From NCBI RefSeq assembly GCF_009834535.1, contig NC_045697.1, forward strand, positions 83,392,001 to 83,456,000: a stretch of 64,000 nucleotides of DNA. Reading direction: 5' to 3'. This DNA comes from Camelus ferus. Its lineage: Eukaryota. The position numbers were made by a program, and so were the translations under genes. The notes beneath the pieces were generated by a model. The model saw only the letters and a list, made by a program, of their open reading frames with translations. It was not told where the DNA came from and made no database searches. Below are positions 34,440 to 48,402 of the stretch, piece by piece (the first letter of the stretch is position 1; every line of letters starts with the position of its first letter).

Positions 34440-36300
34440 GCCACTTAAGGAGACATAATAGATTGAAAAAGATGAAACAAACTGAACAACCAGAACAGAC
34501 GATTCCTACAGATGCACGGAAGTCAAATAGGAAAAGATGCATCATAATTCAAAGGGGAAAACAAATGAAAAAAATAATGAATGAAATATTAAACCTGAAA
34601 GATAAAATAGGAGAGTTAATGTATAAATATTCAAGTACTAGGCATTTCAAAATAAAAGGAAAAAAGAATGAGGATGAGTTAGTTGTAATGAAAGTAATGA
34701 TGGATGAAAGCTTCCTGCCTTTAAAGAATGATTCTTCAGCATAACTAATTTCTTAACACATATTGAGATATTTCTTGATGAGCCTTCTCAACTTCAAACT
34801 TATATTAAAAATCTTTATAAAAACACTGGACCCTGATGTGGGCTGTTGATAGTCGGGGAAGCTGTGGGGAATGATGTGGGTGTATGAGAACTCTATACTT
34901 TCCGCTCAATTTTTCTCTGAACTGAAAAGAGCTATAAAAACAAATTTTATGCAAAAGATTACTTGCCAAGGAATGATAACTGTATAAATGCCAGACTTCT
35001 TATCTGTAATTCTGAAAATACTGAAATAATTTTAAAGCAAAGAAAAGGCATATTATTGAAGAATCCCACACTCATCAGTCAAGATATCATTCTTATAAAA
35101 GATTTTTTAAAAGACAGTTGACATTCAAAGCTTACTGAGTACACAACCCATGGACTTATCTAGGGAGCGTACTTGAGGAGGCACTACAATGGAATAAAAA
35201 TGAATTCAAAAATAGGATCCCAAGCTGGGAGAATACAAAATATAAGGAAAGAGTGGTGAGCAATGACTCTTATATTCTTACTAAATTTACGCAGATGATA
35301 ATATGAGTAGAAACTAATGCTTAAGTGAAAAGTGAGGATTTTAGAAATCAAAGATATTTTATAATTAAGATAAAATCTAATAATAGCTTGGAAATAAAAG
35401 TCTAGATTATCTGAGCAAAACCTAGGAGTTTGCAGAAATAAAGTGTTGCACATCTTGATAAGTGCATAAGAAAAGCAAAAAGTCGAATCTTATTGGTGGA
35501 TGGGGAGTTAGTGGCAAGTAAAATGTCCTGGAAATTATAGTTACATGTATGAGAGTTAGAAATAGGAAAGTAACCACTAAGCAAAAGAAAGGGGGAAAAT
35601 TACTTATAAATGCAAGGCAGGATGCAAAGCAGAATTTCTAAATGGATGAAGTTGAACAAAGTTGTGGAAGATGAAATATCACCTTGTCATTCTTTAAAAA
35701 AGGTAAAGAAATAAAAAATAGTAACATGAAAAAGTAAACTTAAGAATAAATATAAACTGGTACCTAAATAAACATAATGAAGGGTCACTTCAAACCAGTC
35801 CCCCAAGACCAAATAACCATGAATAGGCTGAGCACTGCTATCAAAATCCATGACCCTTAGACTGAGTTAGAACCAAAGTTCAAATCAGAGCACTGGATGA
35901 TAAATAGGGGAAGGGTCCCACAACAAACACACGGCACATACTTAACAAATCATGACTGGAAAAAAACAAACAGAAGGCTTACTGAAAAGAAAGGCTGTTT
36001 ACAGAAAATACGTCTAAAACAAAGCATTTTTTCTTTAAGGTTAAAAATAAAGAGATGAATCAAGATACATCAAATAACTGCCAGCAAAAGGAAAGCAGGA
36101 CTGTGGCATTGTCCATAGGATGTAAAACAGAATTCAGGTTCAAAGAACTAATGACATAAAGAAGGGTTTTAATAACAATCAACATAAATCCCCCAAACTG
36201 ATACAAAGATTTATGTACCAAACAACAAAGTACAAAATTCAGAAGACAAACATTTGATAAAATTGATAGATTTGTGAAACATCGCTGGAGTAATGAGCAC
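34440..36300 (+). mobile_element. Very old L1/HAL1-type ORF1 and endonuclease remnants, with an L1MC 3' fragment at about 34830-34950
   Basis: A-rich; ORF 34463..34744 resembles L1 ORF1p; 35990-36290 resembles the L1 endonuclease (aaggaaagcagga...gtaaaacagaattcagg). Confidence 0.6.
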
Positions 36301-37597
36301 AGAGGCAATGACTGTGGTTTTCTACCAGCCAAACTAAGAGACAGGATTTTGTTTTCCTTTGCATATGAGATCATGTTATTTCATCCAATTTAACTGTTAA
36401 TTATTATACACAGAATATGGGCAAGACACTCAACTAGAAATGAATGAAGATCAGGGAGTAAAATATTAACATAAGTTTTAAAAACATTTCTTCTCTTTAA
36501 CTTCCACCAAAAAAAACAAAAAAACAAACAAACAAAACCTGCAAATTGAATTTGATGTACCATAATTATGATAGGAAAGAGTCCAGTAGCATATAAAGGT
36601 CTGAGTGAATAAAAGAAATGGTGAAGTATTTGAAAGCTGAGAGAATATCTAGTTATCGCCTAATAGTTTTTATTAACTATACAAATGATCTCAGACATTT
36701 TGCATCATATTAGAGTCTCCACCAACTAACAGGGAATTTCTGCATTCAGTACATTATCTCAAGCATCTATCACTGAAAAGCCGGTGACTAGACCTACAAT
36801 CACACACTGACTAGTACACTGCACTAATGCAACGTGAGCTGTGCTCATGAATCAACGGAAAGAGAAGTTACCTCAGTGTGGGGGGTCACAGGTATGTATG
36901 AAGACTTATATGGATAACTAAATGATAATAACCTTGTTTAGTAGAGCACAATGAAAAAGCTACTTTATTCTTTCCCCTTTTACCCCTCCAGTACTCAGTG
37001 GGCTCTAGTTCTTCCTATAAGCACTTTAGCCTTTACAGCACATCTTAGTCACAGGAGTAATCTCATCTCACTTCAATAATTAAAACTTTCAGTCCAATTT
37101 TATGTAGTATTATGTCTCTAAGTTTAATTCAATATAAACAAATCTCTTAACCCAGCTCAGATCTAGCTAAAGAGTGGGAAGGAAGTGTGGTGAAAAAATA
37201 AACAAACAAACAAAACTTCTAACAATGTAGTTGTGAGTAGGTGCCCAAGTTTTATTACAATCTTACTACAAGAAATAAGGCCCCCAGTAGGCTAATTCAA
37301 AGATTTACTCTTAATAGGGATCACTAGATGAATGACAGTTGAGTAGACAGGTGAATGATTTCCCAGAACAAGTCTTAATCCCATTAAATATTAGAAAATT
37401 ATTGAAGCATTCCATCAAGAATACTAATTATTTATGAGAAGGAGACTATAAATTGTATGACACAAAAATCTGGTGTTCTAGACCAGTTTGGGGATAATAT
37501 TGCACTCATGGACAGTAGCCTCTTCCCACCCCAACTTTCTGCTCCTCCTCTATAACTGAAAGAGAAAAATAGATTAAATGAAAAAGGTATAATTAGA

Positions 37598-37678
37598 GGG
37601 GAGGGTATAGCTCAAGTGGTAGAGCACACACTGAGCATGAACAAGGTCCTGGGTTCAATCCTCAGTACCTCTATTAAC
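37598..37678 (+). mobile_element. tRNA-derived SINE (Vic-1-like)
   Basis: ggggagggtatagctcaagtggtagagc...gtcctgggttcaatcctcagtacctc. Confidence 0.9.
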
Positions 37679-38784
37679 TTTTTTTTCATACAATTAAGTG
37701 TCTGGTCAAGCTGTGATCTAGCCTTGGTGTCCTCCAAGTTTGGTGGGTATTCACAGCTCACTTTCACTCCCACAGACCCCACAGATAGGTCCATATGACT
37801 GTCCTCCATCGGGAACTTCCATCTGCAAGTATCTTCACCAGAGCGACATTCCCCAAGCTAGCTGCTTTTGACTTCTCCACATCATCTGGACCTTCATTCA
37901 GAAGGTCTGTCCTCATTTAACTGGGTCACTTCACCCATCTAGATAGCTCTTTTGGAGAAATCTCTTTCACTTTACCCATCTAAAGAGCCCTTTGGGAGAA
38001 AGTCTCAGAAAAAATCCTGCTCAAGTTGCCCATATCAGATCCATAGCCAAGAAAGACTTTTGCCCCACCCGATGCTGGAAATGCTGTTGACTTCCAACTT
38101 AGCCCTGTCTTTCTGCTTTGCTGTCTCAGGCCAACCTAGACATAGCATTTCACATTAACCCTTAAATAATCTTAAATTCTGGGGACACCTGTTCATCTTT
38201 CTGAGTAGTTTTCTTGAAGCCTTCCTTCCCTGCAGGTGTAGTTAAAGAACCCTGCCAACACACTCCTCTCCTACAGTTAGGAGTGAGAGGTAGGTGTGGG
38301 ATATGTCATACAGGCCAAAAATTCTTCCCAGTGGAATCTCCTGATACTCCCGAGTGCCTGCTCTTTTATAGGACCAAGGCAGAGGACTTCTAATATTGGC
38401 AGAATCTAATTTATAGAATCTTAACTCATCCTAGCTGGTTCCCTTTAGGTTATGTGAGTCCTTGTATGAGAATGCTATATCTGCTATATGTTTCTTGGGC
38501 TTTGATATCTCAGCTGAAACTGAGGGGGAAAAGAGTCCTGTTTTAACACTATAGAGTGAGAGTGAACAAGTAATATAGCTCAGTGGGGTGGGTGATGGAA
38601 GACTTGTTGCAAAAATGAGACTTTTAATGCAAATGAGAAAGTGAGTAAGTTGAAGGTGCTTGGCAGAGCTGCTTCCAGTCTATTCTCTAGACTTCTACTC
38701 AAGACTAGAAAACCAGATGAAAGGAATATAAGATGTTTAGAGGACCAGAAACAAGGTGTAAGAGAAATTGTGGCAACAGTCATC

Positions 38785-39000
38785 TTATTTATTCATGTAA
38801 TCATTTCACTCAATAGACATTTATTGAATGCCTACTATATTTGGCAGAGGAAATACAGAAATTAAAATGACATAAGCTTGCTTTACACAGAGTGTTGGCA
38901 ATTTCATGACAGAGACAGGCATGCAATGAGATATACCTACAAGCAAAATGGTATAGGAGAGAGAAGATGAGGTCTCAATGACTGTCTTATAAAGGAACTT
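38785..39000 (-). mobile_element. L2 3' end
   Basis: cactcaatagacatttattgaatgcctactat. Confidence 0.65.
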
Positions 39001-39109
39001 ATCAGGGATCGGAATTTACACGAAATAAACCAATAAAAAGAGCATCTTAAATAGACGATTGAAACACTAAAGTGACAGTTTAGTGAGTTCTCAGAAAGGA
39101 ATAGGCAGG

Positions 39110-41929
39110 TTGAAGATTTCATTTATCTTTCAATTTTCTGTCAGCCTACCAAGTTTGATTGGGTTTTCTTCTCATAAATGAGTAGCTGCACAGATACTAG
39201 ATATTCTCAAATAAATTAAGAAGGGAAAGCAATAAATCTAAGAACTTGATTAGCCCAGTTGTTTACAGCTTATCCAATCTGGAAAAAATACCAAGAGCTT
39301 CCTTTTAGGAAGCAAAATGCTCCATTTAAAACATTGAAGACAAAGATGAGGCTAATAAAAGAATGTCTGAATCAAAGAGGATTATATGTATCAAGACACT
39401 AAATTCAATGGAACAGGGATTCCAAGGGTCAATGGAGGTAGCAGTTTTTTGCAAAACAGCAGGAGCCATTTGGCAAAATGTAACTAACCGGAGGCAAGGT
39501 AGACGTAATTACCATAACAAACATCAAAGACAGAGTGGCATCAGTGAGACCTGACCCTCAGGGATCTAAAGATCAGTTATAGTGCAGAGAGTGCCTTCAG
39601 GCAAACTGGATGCACAGGCAGCAAGGGTATTGCTCATACTATACAACCAAAATAGAAGAAGAGTGGGTTAACAGAAGGCAGAAGTAGATACAGAGGCTAC
39701 GGATGGGCTCAACAGTAAGGGGTCTACCTCACCGAGGCTGATCTAGCTACTACAGCTGCTTAACGATCAAAAACAGAGATCAAGACGGGCCACCTCTAGG
39801 AAACTACCCCTCAAGAACACCAACCAACCACTTGGTAACAGAGAACAGCAATTCATTTTAACAAGAATAACATTATCTCAGATTTGGGTTTAGCCTTCCT
39901 GCCTGCAGTAACTTGACTTAGCTCAAGAATGTTAAGGGCTCGCCTAGTGTCTGATTTGTCATCATGGGATTCCCACCTACCATCCCTGACCAAGAGGTCC
40001 ATTTTTTTCAGCTAAAGAGGGGCCACTGTGAATCCATGGTCACAGATTCACTGGTCCTATAATTTATCACATTACCCAGAAATAGCTGCCTCCCAGAACT
40101 TTAGAAGGGCCTCTGAAAGGCTCAGCTGAGGCATTAGCTTGGAGATGATATTATGCAATGTTGGGACATTGTCATTCAATATGCTGTATGTTCTTTAATC
40201 CAATAGCCATTACATGATGCTGAAAAATAGAGTATTCTAAGTGACAGAATTAGAAGTGATCCCTTCATCATTACAGTCACCCACGTGACAAGCAGCACTA
40301 GCAGAGGCCATGCTGAGGCATCCACTAAAACCGAACTTCCAGCTAGGCTACTCTCTGGTCATTTGGTGCTCTGTATGTCAGTGATCAGCAGGTAAAAACA
40401 AACAAACAAAGGAAAAAACAGATTTACTATAATGGCAGGGGAAATTGACCCTGAGGACCATGAGGAGATAGTGTTACTGTTGCACAGCAGACAAGGGTGA
40501 GTATTTCTGGGACCCAGGAGTTTGATTAGTTTTCTTGGTGCTTCTAAAACCCAAATGTGCAATTGCCTGACACACAGCTAACCAAGGCATGGCCACCAGG
40601 GGTTCCAACCTTTCACATCAAGGTCTAAGGCTGGGCTTCTCCAGAAGCCGAGCCTGAGACAAGGATTCTTCTGAAAAATTATTTATTAGGGAGATGTTCC
40701 CAGGAAACACTAAGAGGAGAGTCATTGAGATAGGAAGGAAGGAGGCCAAGCAACAGTATGACATCAAACAGAGACTGATACAGATAAACAGTGTTTCTGT
40801 CCCACAGGATGGCTCTGGAGACAGTGGATGTGACATCTCGCAGTGGTACTGAACAGGGTAAGAGACTTGTAGTATTTACATTCTTGAACCCATCAGTCAT
40901 TGGTTAAGAGTTGACCCCACGTGGATGTCAATTTCCATGTATTTCCAAGTCTCCTTATCTGTAGACAAAGTGGGCTCCAGCAGCCTGATGACAGCCCAGT
41001 GCCAAAGGGGCTCAGGTACTGACTGCTGGGCAGGAAAGAACACTGAAACTCAGTGTATACACACACACAACACACACAAACACACACACACACACACACA
41101 AACACAATGGTGAAAGAATCCAAGGGGATGTGAACAAGGCGTCTGCTATAGTCTGTCTGGGTTACCCCACTGGGCAAGCAGCAGAGATGAGCAGAAGTGC
41201 TAGGTGCGAGTGCGGGACGATCTAGAATGGGTGGTAGAAAACAAAGTGATAAATAAGAGGAAAAAGGGGGAAATGATAAATGGACATGGGACCAATGGTA
41301 CTAGCAGAGATCAAGCTTGTAGTTTAGCCTCTCAATCTTTGTATTGTAAATATTTTCCTTTTTTTTTTTTTTTTTAAGAAATAGTGACCTGCATTACCTT
41401 GACACAAATGGCATTTGAGGATGCAAGGCACAGACTATAGCAGACAGTGCCAGGGTCCCACCTGTACCCCTGGAGTCTTCTATCTCATTGTTATCAGGGA
41501 GATTTCCAGCTGCCAGGATGTCCATCTGAGTGTGAAGGATTATTCCCAATCTCTGCAGAGTAGTTCTGCTCACAGGCACAGCAAGCTGGAAGTGCCAGGG
41601 AAGTAACACCTTTTTTCTTTCACTTTCTTGCTAGAAAGAAACATCATTTGACCAGCTCTGATGCATAAATATCACTCTCTCTCACACCACTGCTTGAGAT
41701 CATTCTGAAGCCAGCATTTTACACAATTTCCCAGAGTTTTCCTGTGAGATTAAACTTCAGTCCTCCATCATGGTAGCTTTTCAATATACATCTTCTTTCT
41801 AGAAGAGAAGCTTTTCTCCCTTTCCACATTCCCAACTCCCTGGCTAATGTTTTCTGCCCTTTCTCAATAAACTACTTGCATTCAAATCCCTGTCCAGGGG
41901 CTGCTTCTGGGGGAACTCAAACTATAATA
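39110..41929 (+). mobile_element. ERVL (ERV3-16A3-like) internal remnant with 3' LTR at 41436-41929
   Basis: gag- and integrase-like remnants collinear with 12400-13727; LTR starts tatagcagac and ends ctgcttctgggggaactcaaactataa. Confidence 0.75.
40623..41150 (-). mobile_element. LTR33-like solo LTR inserted antisense in the ERVL, containing an imperfect (CA)n at 41059-41106
   Basis: gtctaaggctgggcttctccagaagccgagcctgagacaagg...aaggcgtctgctata; ERVL sequence resumes as tctgggttacccc. Confidence 0.8.
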
Positions 41930-42100
41930 ACCAGTTATATGGCAATTGGGCCCTTTAGGCAGATGTCTCTGACTGAGTTCAGGTCAATGAAAGCATGGAG
42001 GCCCAAGAGAACAATGGGGGGCAGAATCTTTGAAGAAAGACATTCAACTGCTGGGCGTCTTACCTCCTGAAAAGAGGGAGAGGAAAAGGTTGCTTCCCTC

Positions 42101-42646
42101 TAGCAAAGATGAACAAAGCTGGACACTATGTAAAGTGGCAAGGACTGATTTTAATCAGTAATCACCACTGCAAACAGGAAAGAGTCCAGTGTGAACTGAA
42201 CCCACCTTTGGTTTCTACAGAAGTGACTGGGTGTTTTAAGGGATGAATGAAGGAGTGGGGAGGGATTGAGCAGGGGCTCAGCACAGTCAGGAAAGCGAAA
42301 AATTACAAAAAGCAGGACGGGAAGAGGGAGTCAGTACACGTGAAAGCCATCTGGATTTGCTAACTGATGCTTGCGGAAGTTAGGCCCCTTACCTCCCACA
42401 AAGACTGGGAATCGGGGCCCTATCTTCAGGTGTGGGCTGGAACAACAGTAAATTCTTTTGGAATCCCTGACTTTCCTCAGGCAGGCACTTTAAGAAGGAC
42501 TAGGATCATCGTAGCCATGCAGCGTTGAGCTGCCAAAAACTATATTAATGTTTGTTCAAGTTTTTATGGCCAAGATGTGAAGCCTGCCCAAGAAAATGAC
42601 TCAGAAGAGCCTGGCCAGAGTTCAGTCAAGGAAAGAACCTTTGTCA
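42101..42646 (-). mobile_element. ERV1 solo LTR (MER31/MER67-like)
   Basis: Reverse complement begins tgacaaaggttctttccttgactgaactctggccaggctc; TSD cctc/tctc. Confidence 0.75.
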
Positions 42647-43400
42647 TCTCTTCACCTAAAGTATATTAAGAGGGGCTACAATGAGGGGAGGTCGGTATGA
42701 ATTTCCTGTAGTTTAGAAGCACCGGACTATGTGAAAAATCCGAAAGAAGAAGAGATAGCTAGTTCCTTCCTTTGAAGAGAGGTAGCTGAGCTTTTCAGAA
42801 CAAAAATCCTTTAGTATTTCCCAAGAACCAGATGTGCAGCACCCCGTTCAGAAAGGTGACATGAGGGAAGCTTCTTCGCAGTAAAGTTGCCAGCATGGAC
42901 AAACAAGGGGTCTCCAGCAGTGACACCTGCTTGGAGTCACTACTGGAAAACCGGGAGCTGAGGAAAAAGCCAGATGAGTGTATGCATAGGAGAGACACCA
43001 CAGGATTTATAGTCAAAAGGCTCACAAAGGAGTCTCCAAAGAATCCATGAAAGGTCAGTTTTAAGTATTATCTAGGCCTAGGGAGAATGATGGCAGCTTA
43101 CAACCCATCCCAGCAAAATAGAATCTTCCTGCCCCCTTTTTCCTTTTCTCCCTCCATTCCAAACCCAGAAGGTCAGAAACAGCAGCTTGCAAGTGGGAAT
43201 GGAGCCCAGCAAGAAAGAGAAAAGACACCTGCCTTATATTTGTCTCCAGGGGCAGAAACCCCCCCAGATGCTCAACTTGTACACACCTTACCTTTGACAT
43301 GGGCTGGATGTTCTATTTCCAAACCAAAATTAGGTTTTGTAATTTAAAGAAATCATTGGACTTTCCAGTGCTTAAGAGAACCTAGAAACCTCATGGAACA

Positions 43401-43861
43401 TGTTATGGGTTGAACTGTGTCCCCCAAAAATATGTTGAAGCCCCAACCCATGGTACCTGTGAATGTGACCTTATTTGGAAACAGGATCTTTGCAGATGTA
43501 ATTAAATTATAAAGAGGTCATTAGGATGGTACTAATCCAATAAGACTAGTGTCCTTTCCTTATAAGAAGAGGAAACTGCCATGTAAAGACAGAGACACAG
43601 GATCAATGACCATGTGGCGACAGAAGCAGAGATTAAAGTGATGCATCTACAAACCAACAAATGCCAAGAATTGCCAGCACACTACCAGAAGCTAGGGAGA
43701 GTTAAGGAAGGATTTCCCTACTGGTTCCAGAGGGAGCATGGTCCTGCCAACACCTTGATTTTGGACTTCTAATCTCCGGAGCTGTGGGACAATACATTTC
43801 CATTGTTCTAAGCCACCTAGTTCATGGTACTTTGTTATGGCAGCTGTAGGACCCCAGTATA
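43401..43861 (+). mobile_element. MaLR LTR (MLT1B/C-like)
   Basis: tgttatgggttgaactgtgtccccc...tgtgaccttatttggaaacagg...tttgttatggcagc. Confidence 0.92.
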
Positions 43862-43944
43862 GGGCCTGCCATAACTTTCAAACCTTAGTAAGAGAAAAAC
43901 TCCCCTCAACAAATAAATGTTAAAAGGACAATGGGAATAATTTG

Positions 43945-44486
43945 AAAATAAAATTAAGGAAATTTCATATATAACAGCATTAAAAAATATTCAGAAATAA
44001 TTTCCCAAAAGAGCTCCAAGGCTTGTCCACTGAAAATGACAAAACATCATTGAAAGAATTTAAAGAAGATCTAAATAAATGGAAAGAAACCTTACATTTG
44101 GTAATTGGAAGACTTACATTGTTCAGATTAGACAATTCCCCAGATTTTCTGCACATTTCTACACGTCTACAAATTACTAAACATTCAATGCAATCCCTTT
44201 CAAACCCCAGGCTGATTTTTTTGCATAAATTGAAAAACTTATTCTAAAATTCATTTGGAAATGCAAGGGACACAGAAGAATAAAACAATCTTGACAAAGA
44301 ACAAAATTAGAGCATTTATACTTCCTGATTGCAAAACGGACTACAAAGTTACAGAAGCCAAGACGGTGTGTTACTGGCATAAGGATAAATCAATGGAATA
44401 AAACTGAACCCAGAAATAAACCCTTATCTTTATGGTCCATTGATTGTTGACAGGGGCACCAGGATAATTCGATGGAGTAAAATATT
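43945..44486 (+). mobile_element. L1 ORF2 fragment
   Basis: ORF 44023..44247 STENDKTSLKEFKEDLNKWKETLHLVIGRL matches L1 ORF2 ENYKTLLKEIKEDLNKWK..WIGRL. Confidence 0.88.
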
Positions 44487-45383
44487 GTATTAGGGAGAAT
44501 ACTCCAACAATGAGATTTGCAAGCATCTCAAGGTTAGGAAGAAAGGGACTTTTATAGAGGAATAAACAAGGTTAGAATGTATTAGTGGGGAAGTGGGATG
44601 ACCACAGGTGGTGGGATCAGACTGTGTGTATCAGAGAATGTTTTATCTTGAGGTCAGATTATTCTTAGGAGAGATCCTTAAGGAGAATTGCCTCAGGTTG
44701 TGTGTGGGTCAAAGTTCAGAGGTCTGGGGGAAGAAGGGAAACTTCCCCAAATTTGGTTAATAAACCTTGTTAGGATTAATCAATAGGGACAAAATAATTC
44801 GGCCAATCATTTATGAAGGTGTTAAAAATTTAAAAACAGAAACCACAATTAGAGTTGGGAGACCAGAAGGGGGAGCTCTCACACCCTGCAAAGATACCCA
44901 AGTCCAACTGGAAGAAGAAATCCTCCTCCTCTTTCCTGGCAGGTACTCAGCCAATGAAAAGCCAAGGACCCTTTGTTTACTCTAGCCCACCCAACTTCCT
45001 CTTCCTCCCTTCGAAAGTAGCACTTTTCTTCCTTTGCCTTGCAAGACTTACAGGGGGTGTGCCACGGTTGTAGACCCCGAATTGCAATTACCTGCTGATC
45101 CCAAATAAACCTGTCTTTGCTGGAGAAATATCTGGCAGTCCATTTCTTTAAGGCCAACAAAGCAAAGAATGCAAATTTGGGGGGTCTGTATCTGGCTTTG
45201 TCATAGGTAATTAAGAGGGCATCTATAAGACTTACCTAAGTCCACATGGGGAAGAGTGGTTCTTCACAGTGAGCCATTTCCCAGATCACAAAAGGGTGGG
45301 GGAATATCTCTTGTTGTTACTGTTTTCTGGGAGCACACGGAATTCTAGGAGTTTCTAGGAGTTAGGTAACTTCGACCTTGTCA
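44487..45383 (-). mobile_element. Old ERV1-class (MER-type) LTR interrupted by a younger LTR
   Basis: Termini tgtattaggg and accttgtca; sequence is continuous across 44820-45159. Confidence 0.6.
44820..45159 (+). mobile_element. ERV1-class solo LTR (paralog of 6800-7145)
   Basis: TG...CA termini; CCAAT box at 44951; AATAAA at 45104; TSD aagg/aagc. Confidence 0.85.
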
Positions 45384-45699
45384 CCACTGATACTACTTCC
45401 AGTTGTCCAGCAAAAGGGAAAGGGAGAAGGACAAAATTTTATCAAATTCTGAGACCTGGAGATCCCAAGGGAAGGTATAAACAGGGGCACAGAACAAACA
45501 AGCGCCTAGAGCAGAGCAGGCTGGAGAACGCAGACACGTGAGCTCCCTAACTCTCTGAGCAAGTCGGAGAACCCCAACATTGCTGGGAGGGGACAATCCA
45601 CTTTCAATACACTAAGTAGAGAAATGCCTACTAAGTGTTGCATATTAAACAGAAAAAGGGCCATTAACCTGATTTTCAGAATGAGGTCAGGAAGGTGGG

Positions 45700-46920
45700 G
45701 CTGCTGTTAACCAAGTGATTACCTGGAAGGCTAAGAACACATCATCTACCTTGCCCGTCAATGCTAAGTTTGGGTAGCGCTCACTTTCAGGATGAGTAAT
45801 AAGGGAGAAAAAGAAGGAATGTAAAAACTGCTAAGCATAACAGCAAGGAACATTGTCCTAAAGACACAGGTGAAAAAGAAAATCACGTCTGTGAAAATGA
45901 CTTCCCTCAAGAAGTGTATGAAAAAAAGTTTTTTTAGGAAAGATTTGCCTGGCATCCTTGACATTTTTTAAAGCAAGAAACAGTTTTAATAAAATTCAAG
46001 AAGCTTAGCCTTAAGGATAATACAAGAAAAAAAATCATGGATAAAAGTAGAATTGCATGAAGAATAAAAAAAGGGAATTTAAAATTCAGTAACAATTTAA
46101 ATGATCATTGAAGGCTGAAAAAACAAAAAACACAGCCTAAAATTGAATTGCTATGGAGAAAGACAGAAACACAAAAGTTGCTCAGAATACAAAGAGAAAA
46201 AACAAAAACAAACATAAGCAAGAAATGATTTTAAGCTAGAAATAATGTGTTAATAGAATAATACTCAAAAATACAATAAAATGAAAATTTTCTCATCTAA
46301 AGAAAAGTCAGATTCTTCAAACCAAAAAGGCTTGCTGGATTCCAGAAAATTTCAGTGATACAAAAAGCTTGGACCTAACCTGGTAAGTTTTTGTTTAAAC
46401 ATTAATTTTCTTTTAATCCTGAAATCATTGAGGCAGAAGGAATTGAATAAAAAATTATGAGAGAAAGAGAAAGAAAGAATTAACAAAGTTGAGAATGAGA
46501 AAGAGGATGGATGATATCAAATGAGAGTTTGAGATTGATTAAAGATTTGTTGCTTATTTTTCACAAGAACATAATGCACAGTTGTATGATAAACTTGAAA
46601 ATTCTAATATAATAGACATTTTGATAGGAAAAAAGAAAAGTTCTAAAACTGATTTAAGCAGGAATCTAAATAGATGAAAAATAAATTATGGAATAAACTG
46701 AAATATAATAATGTACCTTAAAAGTTTACTTCTAAACACAGCTCTGAACATAGATAGCAATTTAAACAAGTTCTTTTAAATTTTTGAGTAGCAGAAAACT
46801 CTTTAAAAATGTAATCACTTCTAGAGCTTAGAAAATTGTGCAAAACTGTTCCATTCATTTTATTCCTGAACTTAATACCACATACATAATCACACATAGC
46901 AACAATAGATGAATTTCACT
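45700..46920 (+). mobile_element. Very old L1/HAL1 ORF1-ORF2 remnants
   Basis: A-rich; gaaaattttctcatctaaagaaaagtcagattcttcaa resembles the ORF1p ENFPELKK region. Confidence 0.5.
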
Positions 46921-47957
46921 GTAAATAAATGGTTAATATTTAAGTGTGCTCTTTTCATTGCAGTTTATTCCTAGAAGCTCTGAAACAAGAGACAGTAAAT
47001 AAAAATAACTGATGTACTCTTTGGCAAAAAGGATACAATTATCAGAAACAATGGGGAAAGGCTGGTGTATAAGCACATCTATTGCATTATTATTAACAAT
47101 AATAATAAAAATTGGAGCCAACCTAAACACATTACCCCATCTTCATTTTTTTAAGTTTTTATTATGGAATGTTTCACATATTTTCTTTTATCAACTTAAA
47201 AGATTTTAATTTTGGGAAGTTTATGAAAGAAAGGGAAACACTCCCCAAAATCCATGTATACATAGTTGTAGATACTCTCTTTACAGCTGACACTGACTAT
47301 GTGTAGTTCAACTAATGTAAATGTCGACCTAAATTAGACTGAAATATTAGCGATATACTGAAAGGGTTGAGGGAAAACCTGCTTCCTCCAACCTACACTT
47401 GCTAAACGTCTTTGAGAAATCTAACACCAATTAAACGTACAATAATCCAGTCTGAATTAATTACATGTGGAATTGAAAAAAAATAATGTAACTAATAATA
47501 AGCTACAAACTGACCTACAACTTCATGATGACGGTGCAGGTCTTTTCACTTAGCCAGACAAAGCACCGCCTGACCCAAAGCAAGGAGGCTGCTGCCAGTA
47601 CCTCGCCAGTTCCATCCCTTTGACTGCCCAAACTGCCACGGTATTATCTTTCATGCCCGTATCTTCAGTTTGAATTGAAGTTATTTCTTATGTGTTATTC
47701 AAATCCATTTCCTCCAACTAAATGTATCAAGCTCTTAAAAGAACAATCATCTATTCATAAATACAAAAGTGAGATGAAGAGTGTGCAGTATTACCTACCC
47801 CCAGATGTCAGCACTTTAAACAACAGTGAGTTCATTGGCTCATAGAACGAATTCAAAAAGGCAAAGTTTTAGCCTATATATGAAGGTATGGGGTCCTTTC
47901 CAGCCAAATTACTATACACACACATTATTATAAAATGATAGACCCTAGTTAGTTATA

Positions 47958-48402
47958 TGTAGGTGACAGTAGCATGCCAGTCCAAACCCCATTTTCTGGG
48001 CCTGCCTACTCATCTCTAGCTACCAAGAGTAAGTGTTGGCTCCTATCCACTCACAGCTGCCCCTTCCTGCAGTGAATTGGACTTAGATGATGGGAGATAA
48101 GGAAAATTATACTCCCAGCTCAACCTCCAGCCTCGCACACAAACTGACAGCAATGAATAATAATACACCAGCCCCACTGCCTCAAGGGAAGGGCTGCGGG
48201 ATGAGGTCCACTCCTGAGCTCACCAGCTGCAGGCAGGGCCGACACTGGGCTTTACCTGAGACCATATCCCAGTCCTCTCCCCTCTATCCTGCTCCTCCCA
48301 CTTCCTTAGAGGGTTTTCCTGAACACCTCCACTCCCTCAGCAAAATACATGTAGCCGAATTTCTGCCTCAGGCTCTGCTTCTAGGAAATAAAACCTGAAG
48401 TG
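47958..48402 (+). mobile_element. ERVL solo LTR, LTR16-like
   Basis: cactcacagctgccccttcc; gggatgaggtccactcctgagctc; ends ctcaggctctgcttctaggaaataaaacctgaag. Confidence 0.75.

Larger units (their letters stand above)
41935..43945 (+). mobile_element. Possible ancient Gypsy-like LTR (MamGypLTR/LTR81-type) split by two later LTRs
   Basis: Purine-rich LTR-like text continuous across the insertions; 3' part ctcccctcaacaaataaatgttaaaaggacaatggga...aaataaaatt. Confidence 0.35.

Noticed and set aside
10786..37678. Four tRNA-Ala-like sequences (10786, 18732, 34342, 37598) as tRNA genes
   Set aside because: They have degenerate stems and, in most copies, A-rich tails and TSDs; these are SINE copies
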